Origin: an uncultured Alphaproteobacteria bacterium
Lineage (GTDB): Bacteria; Pseudomonadota; Alphaproteobacteria; Rhodobacterales; Rhodobacteraceae
Length of the DNA stretch: 64,000 nt
Reading direction: 5' to 3'
Assembly (NCBI GenBank): GCA_963798235.1
Contig: CAWCSN010000012.1
Span: forward strand, 37,194 to 101,193
Positions 45,083-55,913 of this stretch are shown piece after piece. Made by a program: the position numbers and the translations under genes. The notes beneath the pieces were generated by a model. The model was not told where the DNA came from, ran no database searches, and worked only from the letters and a program-made list of their open reading frames with translations. Position 1 is the stretch's first letter. Each line of letters begins with the position of its first letter.

Positions 45083-46609
45083 CTAAAGCAGGCTCCCCAA
45101 AGCCACCAGCGCCGCACCGACGAGGGCGCCGCCGACGCCCCAGACCCAGCCGGGGAGGCGGCGGACGGGGAGTTCGGGGAGGGGGCCGCTGGCGCGGATC
45201 AGGGCGGCTTCGGCCATCTGGGGGAGGCGCGGGCCGAGGCGGGCGAGGATGCGGACGGTGGCGGCGAGTTCCTTTGCCACCGCGGCGGGGCCGAGGTTGG
45301 TGCGGATGTAGTCGGTCACCACGGGGCGGGCGGTCTCCCACATGTTCATCTGCGGGTTGAGGCTGCGGGCGACGCCCTCGACGACGACCATGGTGCGCTG
45401 GAGCAGGATGAGCTCGGTGCGGGTCTCCATGCCGAAGCGCTCGGTCACCTCGAAGAGGTGGGCGAGGAGGCGGGCCATCGAGATGCGGGTGGCGTCCTGA
45501 CCGAAGATCGGTTCGCCGACCGAGCGCAGGGCCTGGGCGAAGGCGTCGGTCTCGCGGTCGCGGGGGACGTAGCCGGCCTCGAAGTGGACCTCGGCGACGC
45601 GGTGGTAGTCGCGGCGGAGGAAGCCGAAGAGGATCTCGGCGTAGACGCGGCGGGTGTAGGCGTCGATGCGGCCCATGATGCCGAAGTCGAGGGCGACGAG
45701 GGCGCCGTCGGGGCCGAGGCGGAGGTTGCCCTGGTGCATGTCGGCGTGGAAGTAGCCGTCGCGCAGGGCGTGGGTGAGGAAGGTCTGGATCACCCGCTCC
45801 GACAGGCCGACGAGGTCGGTGTCGGCGGCGCGCAGGGCCTCAACGTCGCCGAGGCGGATGCCCGCGACCCATTCCAGCGTCATCACCCGCCGGGCCGAGG
45901 CGCCCCAGATCACCCGGGGGACGCGGAAGCCGAGGTCGCGCTCGCTGTTGGCGGCGTATTCGGCGGCGGCGGCGGCCTCCATGCGGAGGTCGAGCTCGCC
46001 CTGCACGACGCCCTCGAAGTGGTTGATGACGGCGCGCGGGCGCAGGCGCCGGGCGAAGGGGGCGAGGATCTCGACCAGCGTCGCGGCGAGGTGGAAGGCG
46101 TCGACGTCGCGGAGGAAGGCGCGCTCGATGCCGGGGCGGAGGACCTTGACGGCGACGACCTGGCCGGTCTCGCGCAGGGTGGCGCGGTGGACCTGGGCGA
46201 GGGAGGCGGCGGCGATCGGCGGACCGAAGGTGGAGAAGACGGCGTCGACGGGCTGGCCGAGTTCGTACTCGATGGTCTCGCGCGCGGCCTCCATCGGGAA
46301 GGGGGGGAGTTCGTCCTGGAGGACGCTGAGCTCGGTGGCGAGTTCGGGGCCGACGACGTCGGGGCGGGTGGAGAGGAGCTGGCCGAACTTGATGTAGGCG
46401 GGGCCGAGGGCGGAGATGGCGCGGAGGACCGGGGGCTGCGTCGGGTCGCCTTCGAGGCCGAGCCACTGGAAGGGCCAGCCGAGGACGCGCGCGGCGACGC
46501 GGAGCGACCGGGGGGCGTCGAGGGCCTCGAGGGCGACCGACATGGCGCCGGTGCGCTCGAAGGTCGCGCCGGTGCGGATCAGACGCCAGATGTTGTGCGG
46601 GCCGCGCAT
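45083..46609 (-). CDS. ubiB: Ubiquinone biosynthesis kinase-like protein UbiB
   Basis: LGPAYIKFGQLLSTRPD, AASLAQVH, VAVKV, FHADMHQGN, DFGIMG. Confidence 0.95.
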   Translation of the reverse strand: MRGPHNIWRLIRTGATFERTGAMSVALEALDAPRSLRVAARVLGWPFQWLGLEGDPTQPPVLRAISALGPAYIKFGQLLSTRPDVVGPELATELSVLQDELPPFPMEAARETIEYELGQPVDAVFSTFGPPIAAASLAQVHRATLRETGQVVAVKVLRPGIERAFLRDVDAFHLAATLVEILAPFARRLRPRAVINHFEGVVQGELDLRMEAAAAAEYAANSERDLGFRVPRVIWGASARRVMTLEWVAGIRLGDVEALRAADTDLVGLSERVIQTFLTHALRDGYFHADMHQGNLRLGPDGALVALDFGIMGRIDAYTRRVYAEILFGFLRRDYHRVAEVHFEAGYVPRDRETDAFAQALRSVGEPIFGQDATRISMARLLAHLFEVTERFGMETRTELILLQRTMVVVEGVARSLNPQMNMWETARPVVTDYIRTNLGPAAVAKELAATVRILARLGPRLPQMAEAALIRASGPLPELPVRRLPGWVWGVGGALVGAALVALGSLL

Positions 46610-46613
46610 GGGG

Positions 46614-47381
46614 TCAGAGCTTCCAGCCCGAGTGCAGGGCGGCGATCCCCATCGAGAGGTTGCGGTAGCGGACCTGCTCGAAGCCGGCGGTGCGGATCAT
46701 CGCCGCGAAGGTTTCCTGGTCGGGGAAGCGGCGGATCGATTCGACGAGGTACTGGTAGGAGGCGCGGTCGCCGGCGAGGGCCTGGCCGAGCGGCGGGATG
46801 ACGTTGAAGGAATAGCGGTCGTAGAGCCAGCGGAGGGAGGCTTCGGGGACGCGGCTGAATTCGAGGACGAGGAGGCGGCCGCCGGGCTTGAGGACGCGGA
46901 AGGCTTCGGCGAGGGCGTCCTCGACGCGGGTGACGTTCCGGATGCCGAAGGAGATCGTGTAGGCGTCGAAGGTCGCGGCCGGGAAGGGCAGCGCCATGGC
47001 GTCGCCGACGACCCAGTCGAGGCGGTCGGCGAAGGTGGTCGCCTCGGCGCGGCGGCGGCCCTCGGTCAGCATGTCCTCGGTCATGTCGAGGACGGTGGCG
47101 TGACCGTCGCCCTTGACGCGGCCGAGGTAGCGGAAGGCGATGTCGCCGGTGCCGCCGGCGACGTCGAGGAGGCGGGTGCCCGGGCGCGGCGCCAGCCAGT
47201 CCATGGCGGCGTCCTTCCACAGGCGGTGGACGCCGAGGCTCATGGCGTCGTTCATCAGGTCGTAGCGCGCGGCGACGGAGGAGAAGACGCCGTGGACGCG
47301 GGCGGCCTTCTCGGCCTCCGGGACGGTCTCGAAGCCGAAGTGGGTGGTGCGCTGGTCGGGATCGCGATCGGGATCGGACAT
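46614..47381 (-). CDS. ubiE: Ubiquinone/menaquinone C-methyltransferase
   Basis: [42 protein letters not shown]. Confidence 0.96.
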   Translation of the reverse strand: MSDPDRDPDQRTTHFGFETVPEAEKAARVHGVFSSVAARYDLMNDAMSLGVHRLWKDAAMDWLAPRPGTRLLDVAGGTGDIAFRYLGRVKGDGHATVLDMTEDMLTEGRRRAEATTFADRLDWVVGDAMALPFPAATFDAYTISFGIRNVTRVEDALAEAFRVLKPGGRLLVLEFSRVPEASLRWLYDRYSFNVIPPLGQALAGDRASYQYLVESIRRFPDQETFAAMIRTAGFEQVRYRNLSMGIAALHSGWKL

Positions 47382-47505
47382 CGGGCTCGGGCTTTCGGTC
47401 GGTTCCGCGCCTCCTTATAAGGCAGGGCCGGGCCGCCGCAACCGCCCGCGCCCGCGCTGTCCGCAGTGTGACCCGCTGCGACTGCGCCAAGTCCGGAGGC
47501 CGCCC

Positions 47506-48351
47506 TTGCCCGAACTCCCCGAGGTCGAGACCGTCCGACGCGGGCTGGAGCCGGTCCTGACCGGCCATCGCATCGTTCGCGCCGACGTGCGCCGGCCGGA
47601 CCTGCGGCGGCCGTTTCCGCCGGGGCTGGCCGGGCGCCTGACCGGGGTGCGGGTGGTCGCGTTGCGGCGGCGGTCGAAGTATCTGCTCGCCGACCTCGAC
47701 AGCGGGGAGACGCTGATCGTGCATCTCGGCATGTCGGGGCGGATGCTGGTGTCCGGGGCCCTGGTCGGCGCGTTTCACCATCCGCATCCGGCGCCGGAGA
47801 AGCATGACCATGTGGTGCTGGATCTCGACGACGGGGCGCGGCTGACCTTCAACGACGCGCGCCGGTTCGGCCTGATCGATCTGGTGGCGAGCGAGGGGCT
47901 GGATGCGCATCCGCTGCTGGCGGGACTTGGGCCGGAACCGCTCGGCAACGGGTTCTCGGCGGCGGTGCTCGGGGCGCGGATGGCGGGGCGGTTCGCGCCG
48001 GTGAAGGCGATGCTGCTCGACCAGCGCGTCGTCGCGGGGCTCGGGAACATCTACGTCTGCGAGGCGCTGTGGCGGGCGCGGATCTCGCCGTTGCGCGAGG
48101 CGGGGGCGGTGACGGCGGCGGAGGTCGAGACGCTGGTCGCGGCGATCCGGGCGGTGCTCGACGAGGCGATTGCGGCGGGGGGCTCGTCGCTGCGCGACTA
48201 TCGGCAGGCGGACGGGGAGCTCGGGTATTTCCAGCATTCGTTCCGCGTCTACGGGCGGGAGGGCGAGCCCTGTCCGCGCGGGGACGGGACGGTGGCGCGG
48301 GTGGTGCAGTCGGGGCGGTCGAGCTTCTGGTGCCCGGCCTGCCAGCGCTGA
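47506..48351 (+). CDS. mutM: Formamidopyrimidine-DNA glycosylase
   Basis: TTG start after GGAGG, PELPEVE, HLGMSG, GLGNIY, C-terminal zinc finger. Confidence 0.96.
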   Translation: MPELPEVETVRRGLEPVLTGHRIVRADVRRPDLRRPFPPGLAGRLTGVRVVALRRRSKYLLADLDSGETLIVHLGMSGRMLVSGALVGAFHHPHPAPEKHDHVVLDLDDGARLTFNDARRFGLIDLVASEGLDAHPLLAGLGPEPLGNGFSAAVLGARMAGRFAPVKAMLLDQRVVAGLGNIYVCEALWRARISPLREAGAVTAAEVETLVAAIRAVLDEAIAAGGSSLRDYRQADGELGYFQHSFRVYGREGEPCPRGDGTVARVVQSGRSSFWCPACQR

Positions 48352-48480
48352 GGCGGAGCGCTCAGAGCGGCCAGCCCTTGCAGACGACTTCGGGGGTGTG
48401 GCCGTTCGGGTCGGCGACCGGGGCGGCGTCGCGGCGATCTCGCGGGCACCGGCGGCGCTGGCCAAGTTCCATAAAGCCGA

Positions 48481-48509
48481 TTGATGGTCGCGGGGGGCGG
48501 GGTTATATG
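48481..48509 (+). promoter_or_regulatory. Probable sigma70 promoter of the ileS leader
   Basis: TTGATG-N17-TATATG; predicted start site coincides with the ATG at 48516. Confidence 0.55.
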
Positions 48510-48515
48510 GCGCGG

Positions 48516-48563
48516 ATGGTACGGGGCCTCGGCATTCGGCGAATTACCGTCCCGGCGCTCTGA
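48516..48563 (+). CDS. Candidate ileS leader peptide [15 protein letters not shown]
   Basis: Short ORF with two ATT Ile codons; stop codon embedded in hairpin CCCGGCGCTCTGA-GGGT-TCAGGGCCGCCGGG. Confidence 0.45.
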   Translation: MVRGLGIRRITVPAL

Positions 48564-48631
48564 GGGTTCAGGGCCGCCGGGTTCCGGCGCGTGCGCGCTT
48601 TCCCCAGATTCTCCTTCCGACGGATGCCCCG

Positions 48632-51576
48632 ATGACCACCGACACGACCGCGCCCGAGTCCATCGACTACAAGGACACGCTGTTCCTTCCGAAGACCGAT
48701 TTCCCGATGCGCGCCGGCCTGCCGCAGCGCGAGCCGGAGTGGCTGGCGCGCTGGGAGCGGCTGCGGGTCTATGACCGCCTGCGCGAGAATGCCCATGGAC
48801 GGGTGCCCTTCGTGCTTCACGACGGGCCGCCCTATGCCAACGGCAACCTCCATATCGGCCACGCGCTGAACAAGGTGCTGAAGGACTTCATCGTCCGCTC
48901 GCAGCAGATGATGGGGCGCGACAGCCGCTATGTGCCGGGCTGGGACTGCCACGGCCTGCCGATCGAGTGGAAGATCGAGGAGCAGTACCGGGCGAAGGGC
49001 AAGAACAAGGACGAGGTGCCGGTCAACGAGCTCCGCGCCGAGTGCCGCCAGTTCGCCGAGCATTGGGTGGGGGTGCAGCGCGAGGAGTTCAAGCGGCTCG
49101 GCGTCACGGGCGACTGGGACAATCCCTATCGCACCATGGACTTCCACGCCGAGGCGGTGATCGCCGACGATTTCATGAAGTTCGTGATGAACGGCTCGCT
49201 CTATCTCGGGTCGAAGCCGGTGATGTGGTCGCCGGTGGAGAAGACGGCGCTCGCCGAGGCGGAGGTCGAGTATCACGATCACCAGAGCCCGACGATCTGG
49301 GTGAAGTTTCCCGGTCGCGAGCATAATCGGCCGAGCTCTGCGAAGCGATAGTCTGGTCCGACGGAACTCTTCGGAATGCACTCAGTTCGTGATCTGGACC
49401 ACGACGCCTTGGACGATCCCGTCCAACCGCGGGATCGCATTCAACCCGCGCGTCGCCTACGGACTGTACGAGGTGACGAGACGCTCCCGACAATGTTGGG
49501 CGAAGGCCGGGCGAGCTACTGTCCTCTGCCGACGCACTAGCCGAGACGGTATGAAGCAAGCACGGCTCGAGCCTGATGTACCGGCGTCTGCGTGATGTGT
49601 CAGCCGGGTACTGAGCTTGGCACTGTTCATGCGCCCATCCCTTCGCGAAAGCTCGATCCCTTTTGGGACTATCGAGGTTCCGGTCCTCGCCCGGCGACTT
49701 CGTCACCGACGATGCCGGGACCGGGTTCGTCCACATGGCGCCGTCGCACGGCCTCGACGACTACGAGCTGTTCGTGAAGAACGGGCTGGTCGACCGGATG
49801 ACCCACAACATCCTCGAGGACTCGTCCTTTGCCGAGCCTGTGCCGTTCTTCAAGGGCTTGCAGGTCTTTGATGGCAAGGGGAAGGAAGGCAAGGCCAACC
49901 GCGCCGTCATCGAGAAGCTGATCGAGACCGGCAGCCTGCTCGCCCGCGGGCGGATGACGCACAGCTATCCGCACTCGTGGCGGTCGAAGGCGCCGGTCAT
50001 CTATCGCAACACGCCGCAGTGGTTCGTCGCCATCGACCGGCCGCTCGACGACGGCATGGACACCTACGGCACGACCATCCGCGAGCGGGCGCTGACGTCG
50101 ATCGACCGGCTGGTGCAGTGGACGCCGGTCACCGGCCGGAACCGGCTTTACTCGATGATCGAGGCGCGGCCGGACTGGGTGCTGTCGCGGCAGCGGGCGT
50201 GGGGTGTGCCCCTGACCTGCTTCGTCAAGCGCCAGCCGGACGGCACCGTCGAGATCCTGCGCGATCCGGCGGTCAACGCCCGGGTTCGCGATGCCTTCGA
50301 GCATGACGGCGCCGATGCCTGGTTCGAGGAGGGGGCGAAAGCGCGCTTCCTCGGGAAGGATTATCCGCACGAGGACTGGGAGAAGGTCACCGACATTCTC
50401 GACGTGTGGTTCGATTCAGGGTCGACCCATGCCTTCGTGCTGCGCGACCGGCCGGACGGGATCTGGCCGGCGAGCGTGTATCTGGAGGGGACCGACCAGC
50501 ATCGCGGGTGGTTCCATTCCTCGATGCTGCAGGCCTGCGGGACGCGCGGGCGGGCGCCTTACGATGCGGTGGTGACGCATGGCTTCACCCTCGACGAGAA
50601 CGGCATGAAGATGTCGAAGTCGCTCGGGAATACCACGGCGCCCCAGGACGTGATCCGCCAGTACGGGGCGGATATCCTGCGGCTGTGGGTGGCGCAGTCC
50701 GATTACTCGGCCGACCAGCGGATCGGGCCGGAGATCCTGAAGGGGACTGCGGACGGGTATCGCCGGCTGCGCAACACGCTGCGGTTCCTGATCGGGGCGC
50801 TGGATGGCTTCGATGCCGCCGAGCGGGTCGAGCCGGCGGCGATGCCGGAGCTGGAGCGCTGGGTGCTGCACCGGCTGGCGGAACTCGACCGGGTGGTGCG
50901 CGAGGGCTATGCGGCCTTCGACTTCCAGCGGGTGTTCCAGGCGCTGTTCCAGTTCGCCACCGTCGACCTGTCGGCCTTCTACTTCGACGTGCGCAAGGAC
51001 GTGCTCTACTGCGATGCGCCGGGGAGCGAGCGGCGGCGGGCGGCGCGGACCGTGCTCGACGCGCTGTTCCACCGGCTGGTGACCTGGCTGGCGCCGATGC
51101 TGCCGTTCACGATGGACGAGGTCTGGTTGTCGCGGTTCCCGGGCGAGGAAGCCTCGGTGCATCTCGTCGACATGCCGGAGACCCCGGTCGCCTGGCTCGA
51201 CGCGGAGCTGGCGGCGAAGTGGGAGCAGATCCGCCGGGCGCGGCGGGTCGTCACCGGTGCGCTGGAGGTGGAGCGGCGGGAGAAGCGGATCGGCGCCAGT
51301 CTCGAGGCGGCGCCGGAGGTCTTCGTCGCGGACGAGGGGCTGCGGGCGGCGCTGGAGTCGGTGGCGTTCGAGGACGTGTGCATCACCTCCGGGCTGGCGC
51401 TCGTTGCCGGGAGCGCGCCGGCGGGGGCCTTCGGGCTCGAGGATGCCCCCGGGGTCGCGGTGGTGCCGCGGCTGGCGGAGGGGGCGAAATGCGCCCGCTG
51501 CTGGAAAATCCTGCCCGACGTCGGCACGCACCGCCATCCGCAGGTCTGTGCGCGCTGCGACGCGGCACTGGGCTGA
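48632..51576 (+). CDS. ileS: Isoleucyl-tRNA synthetase (frame broken repeatedly in 49310-49700)
   Basis: [60 protein letters not shown]-terminal CARCW zinc motif. Confidence 0.95.
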
Positions 51577-51598
51577 GACGCCGGCCGGAGGGCGGGAG

Positions 51599-52414
51599 TC
51601 AGCGGGTCGAGGGAAGCTCGATGGCGGCGACCTGCTCGCTGATCGCGGTGCGGTCGCCGCGGCGGCGGGCGAGGGCGGTGGCGTCGATCTCGGTGAGCAG
51701 GGTCCAGCGGCCGTCGGCGAAGATTTCCAGCGGCTGGAAGCGGGCCTTGTAGTCCATCTTGGCGCTGCCGGGCACCCAGTAGCCGAGGTAGACGTAAGGC
51801 AGCTTCGCCTCGGCGGCGAGGGCGACGTGGTCGAGGATGATGTAGCTGCCGAGGCTGGCGTCGTGGAGGTCGGGGTCGAAGAAGGAATAGACCATCGAGA
51901 CGCCGTCGGAGAGAAAGTCGGTCAGGCAGACGGCGGCGAGCTGGCGGCCGGTCGGGCTGGTGCGGTAGTACTCGATCACCCGGCTGCGCACGGGCGACTC
52001 CTCGATCATCGCCGCGAACTCGCTCATGTCCATGTCGGCCATGCCGCCGGTGGCGTGGCGGGCGTCGAGGTAGCGGCGGAAGAGGGCGTATTGCGCCTCG
52101 GTCGCCCACGGGCTGCGGGTGATCCGTTCGAGGCCGGCGTTGCGGCGGAGGACGCGGCGCTGGCCGCGGGTGGCGACGTGGTCGGCGACGACGATGCGGG
52201 CCGAGAGGCAGGCCGAGCAGCCGGCGCAGGACGGGCGGTAGAGCACGTTCTGCGAGCGGCGGAAGCCCTGATGGGAGAGCACGTCGTTGAGGTGGCAGGC
52301 ACCGTCGCCCTGGAGGGCGGTGAACAGCTTGCGCTCGACCTTGCCCGCCAGATAGGGGCAAGGCTGCGGGGCCGTGACATAGAACTGGTGCGACTGCGGC
52401 AGACTGTGGCGCAT
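51599..52414 (-). CDS. bpt: Bacterial ATE1-like aminoacyl-tRNA-protein transferase (Bpt)
   Basis: [43 protein letters not shown]. Confidence 0.92.
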   Translation of the reverse strand: MRHSLPQSHQFYVTAPQPCPYLAGKVERKLFTALQGDGACHLNDVLSHQGFRRSQNVLYRPSCAGCSACLSARIVVADHVATRGQRRVLRRNAGLERITRSPWATEAQYALFRRYLDARHATGGMADMDMSEFAAMIEESPVRSRVIEYYRTSPTGRQLAAVCLTDFLSDGVSMVYSFFDPDLHDASLGSYIILDHVALAAEAKLPYVYLGYWVPGSAKMDYKARFQPLEIFADGRWTLLTEIDATALARRRGDRTAISEQVAAIELPSTR

Positions 52415-52520
52415 TTACGGCCCCGGGGTGCTTTCTTTCCTCCCTGAGCGGCGAGGGTATCAACAGCTGTCAGTGGCCGGCAACAGGATTCTCCGGCGGC
52501 ATGAACGCCGCCGGGGGAGC

Positions 52521-52994
52521 CTAGTCGGCGGGCCGGTTAATGGCCGTGGTGCCGAGGATGATGTCGGCGAGACTCTGGCGGTAGCGCGTCCAGAGGACAG
52601 TACCGCAGCTGATCATCTGGAGAACGACGACGCCGAAGCAGACCGCGGTGATGGCGGTATGGAGCAGCGCGAACAGCAGGTCGAGGCGGGTGCCGTCATG
52701 GCGACGGAACTCGAGCCCGGTGAAGCGCATCCCCCAGGTGGCCGAGCCCGAGGCGAGGGTGAGCACGCGGTAGACGAAGCCGGTGCCGCCGACGATCGCG
52801 GGGAAAAGGGCCAGGCCGAAGCCGAGCGTCATCAGGCCGAAGAGCAGCGCGAGCGGCACGCCGACGATGAGCACGACGACGAGGTCGACGAGCCAGGCCG
52901 CGAGACGGCGCATCGGGACGCCCTCGTAGAACTGGGGGTCGAGGTCGGGATCGGGCAGGCCGGACATCTGGCCGGAAAGACTGGACGCGTGCAT
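52521..52994 (-). CDS. RDD family membrane protein
   Basis: LPDP..FYEGVPMRRLAAWLVD, ATWGMR, LADIILGT. Confidence 0.85.
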   Translation of the reverse strand: MHASSLSGQMSGLPDPDLDPQFYEGVPMRRLAAWLVDLVVVLIVGVPLALLFGLMTLGFGLALFPAIVGGTGFVYRVLTLASGSATWGMRFTGLEFRRHDGTRLDLLFALLHTAITAVCFGVVVLQMISCGTVLWTRYRQSLADIILGTTAINRPAD

Positions 52995-53053
52995 TGCACT
53001 CCTCGCTTGTCACGCGTGAGGAAATGGGGGCGGTGGTGGCCCCGCGCAAGATC

Positions 53054-53938
53054 CTACGAGCGGTCGATGAGGGCCTGCGGGCTACCGCAGATCAGCGGGT
53101 CGGGTGCCACCGCGACCTTGCCGGGATAGTCGAGGCGGGCGACGACGGCCTGCATCGCGGCGATGCGGGCGCGGCGCTTGTCGTCAGCCCAGATCACCGT
53201 CCACGGCGCCACCGGGTAGTCGCTGCGGGTGAACATCTCGGCGATCGCCGTGCTGTAGTCGTCCCAGCGGCCGATGCCGTCAACGTCGGTCTGGCTGAGC
53301 TTCCACTGCTTCAGGGGGTCGCTCTCGCGCTGGATGAACTGGCGCAGCTGCTCGGCGCGGCCGATGGCGAGCCAGATCTTGACGAGGACGATGCCGTCGC
53401 GGACCAGCATGTGCTCGAACTCGGGAACCTGGACGAAGAAACGCTCGCGCTCCTCGGGGGTGCACCAGCCAAAGACGTGCTCGACGACGGCGCGGTTGTA
53501 CCACGAGCGGTCGAAGAGCACGAGCTCGCCCCGGGTCGGCAGGAGCGAGATGTAGCGCTGGAAGTACCACTGCCCCTGCTCGACGTCGGAGGGGGCGGGC
53601 AGCGCGACGATGCGGGCATAGCGCGGGTTGAGGTTCTCGGTGAAGGCCTGGATGGTGCCGCCCTTGCCGGCCGCGTCGCGGCCCTCGAAGACGATGACGA
53701 TGCGCTTGCCCTGCTCGCGGACCCATTTCTGGACCTTCACGAGCTCGAGCTGGCACCGCTCGAATTCGTCCTCGTAGGTCTTGCGGTCGAGGCGCTCCCG
53801 GTAGGGATAGTCTGGATCGAGGATGTCGTGCTTGTCGGCATCCTTCACCGCCTCGCGGATCGCCTTCGGCGCATGCTTCTCGGCGTAGCGGCTGATCGCG
53901 CCGTCGAAGGGCTTCTCGAATATCTTGTCCTTGTTCAT
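53054..53938 (-). CDS. ppk2: Polyphosphate kinase 2
   Basis: FEGRDAAGKGG, QWYFQRY, FDRSWYNR, DDKRRARI. Confidence 0.95.
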   Translation of the reverse strand: MNKDKIFEKPFDGAISRYAEKHAPKAIREAVKDADKHDILDPDYPYRERLDRKTYEDEFERCQLELVKVQKWVREQGKRIVIVFEGRDAAGKGGTIQAFTENLNPRYARIVALPAPSDVEQGQWYFQRYISLLPTRGELVLFDRSWYNRAVVEHVFGWCTPEERERFFVQVPEFEHMLVRDGIVLVKIWLAIGRAEQLRQFIQRESDPLKQWKLSQTDVDGIGRWDDYSTAIAEMFTRSDYPVAPWTVIWADDKRRARIAAMQAVVARLDYPGKVAVAPDPLICGSPQALIDRS

Positions 53939-54079
53939 TTCGGCCCTTCCCTGTCGCCCGCGACTATGGCGGTGACCGGGGCCGGCAGCAACGCCCCCCG
54001 AAAGCGCCGCGTCAGCCGCCCGCACCCTGCACCGCTCCGCCCGCGGCGCGCTTCACCGTTGCATCAGGCCGCGCTGTCT

Positions 54080-54364
54080 CTGCTTCTTCGGCGACACGCT
54101 TTTCCGCCGGGGTGCCGCCGAAGAAGAGGGGTGCCCGGCTGCCCCGCCTCTCTTCGGATTTCATACTGGCAGGAAGCCTATCGGGCAGGACGCGGGGCCC
54201 CGCCAACAGGCGGGGAGAAAAAACAACTCAGCCGGCGAATGCCGGCTTCCTTCGAAGGGAGGCCGCAAAGGCGGCCGACCGACCAGCGTCGGCCGAGTGG
54301 GGGGCGCGCTCTTCGCGCGCGCCTCCCCGAGGTCGGCGCTTCCCCCGGCCGGCCGGGGGAAGCG
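54080..54364. repeat. Tandem array of short GC-rich hairpins ending in a 28-bp perfect palindrome
   Basis: CCCCGCC/GGCGGGG, GCCGGC/GCCGGC, GGCCGC/GCGGCC and other stems; CGCTTCCCCCGGCCGGCCGGGGGAAGCG at 54337-54364. Confidence 0.65.
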
Positions 54365-54366
54365 TG

Positions 54367-55777
54367 CTACGGGGAGGCGGTGCCTGCCGCGGCGCGGCGG
54401 CGGTCCAGGCCGGAGAGGATGGCGGTGGCGAGAGCCTGGTAGTTGCCGTCGAAATGATGGCCGCCCTTGGTCTTGATGACTTCGGCGCCGGTGGCGGCGA
54501 GGCCGGGGCAGGGGCTGTCGGTCTCGGCTCCGCCGTAGATGCACTGGAGGAGGGCGGGGGGCAGCGCGGCGAGGGCGGGGGCGGTCGGGGTGGCGGCGCC
54601 GCTGGACGAGCCGAGCCAGCCCGAGACGGTGATCTCCCAGTCGGCGGCTTGGGAGAGGCCGAGGAGGCTGACCTCGCGGACCCGGGCGCGGGCGGCGGGG
54701 TCGAGGGCGAGGACGGTGGCGGGCAGGACGTCGGCGCCGAAGGAATAGCCGACGAGGACCACGTCGGAGACGCCCCATTTCGCGGTGTAGCGGTCGATGA
54801 GGCCGGAGAGGTCGTGGGCGGTCTCCTCGGGGGTGCGCTTGCTCCAGAAGTAGCGCAGCGAGTCGAGGCCGATGGTCGGGACGCCCTCGGACTGAAGGAT
54901 GCCGCCGATGGTGCTGTCGAGGTCGCGCCAGCCGCCGTCGCCGGAGAGAACGATGGCGAGGGTGTCGTGCTTGGCCTCCGCCGGGAGTTCGACGACGGGG
55001 AGGCCGGCGCCGCCGGCCGTGGTTGTGGCGCCGGTGGTGGCCAGCATGGCGCGGATGCGGTCCTCGAGCCCGGCGACCGTCGGGTCGGCGGGATCGACGA
55101 CGGTGACGGAGCCGGCGGTGGCGGCATCGTGGAAGGCGGTGACGCGTTCGCGGACCGCGATGGGCACGTCGGAGGAGAGGCCGATCGACACCGGGTCGGC
55201 GGTGGTGCCGGTGGGAAGGCTGTAGACGCTGCCCGCCGGGCCATCCCGATGCTCGGCCGAGGTGCAGAGCGGCTTTGGCAGGGTGATGGCGATGGCGGGG
55301 TCGGTGACGACGGTGCCGCCGACGGTGGCGGCGGGGCTCTGGGTGACGAGATCGAGCACGAGGCCGCCGGAGGCGCCGACGCCAGCGAGGATCGGGGCAT
55401 TGTAGCCCGTGGCGCCGGTCTGGCGCTGGATCTGGTGGCTGAGTTGCTCGATGTCGGAGATCAGGTAGACGCAGTCGTTCTTTGAGGCGGCGAGGGCCGG
55501 GAGATAGGTCGGCATGTCGATGCCGATCACCGCGATCCCGGTCTTGCGCAGCGCCTCGGCGAGGGCGGCCTCGTCGGCGCCCCAGCCCTCGGGTGCGGAG
55601 AAGAGGGTGACGACGCCGCTGGCCGGGCCATCGGGCAGGGCGATGTGATCGGTCGGGATCATGCCGCCGTCGAGTTCGGCGGCCGTCGCGGCGCTGCCGG
55701 CGACGAGCAGGGCGAGGAGGCCGGGCAGGAGTGCAGGCCGGATGCGCGGAGGCGGAGTAGGCGGAAAGCCAAGGCAC
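54367..55777 (-). CDS. AcvB/VirJ family periplasmic hydrolase (probable indel near the 5' end)
   Basis: CVYLISD, SGDGGWRDLD, DSLRYFW, VGYSFGAD, GGHHFDGNY. A signal-like stretch precedes ATG 55662; the RBS+GTG at 55777 is one base out of frame. Confidence 0.88.
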
Positions 55778-55913
55778 TGCCCTCCCTTTGAGGACCTGTG
55801 GCGGGGCTTGCCGCCTATCCGAGAGCGATGCTGCGGGCAAGCCCGCGCATCGCCGGTTGACGGCGGCGTGTGCGGTGTCGAGAGTTGCCGATGCCCTTCA
55901 GCCCCGCAAGTCG

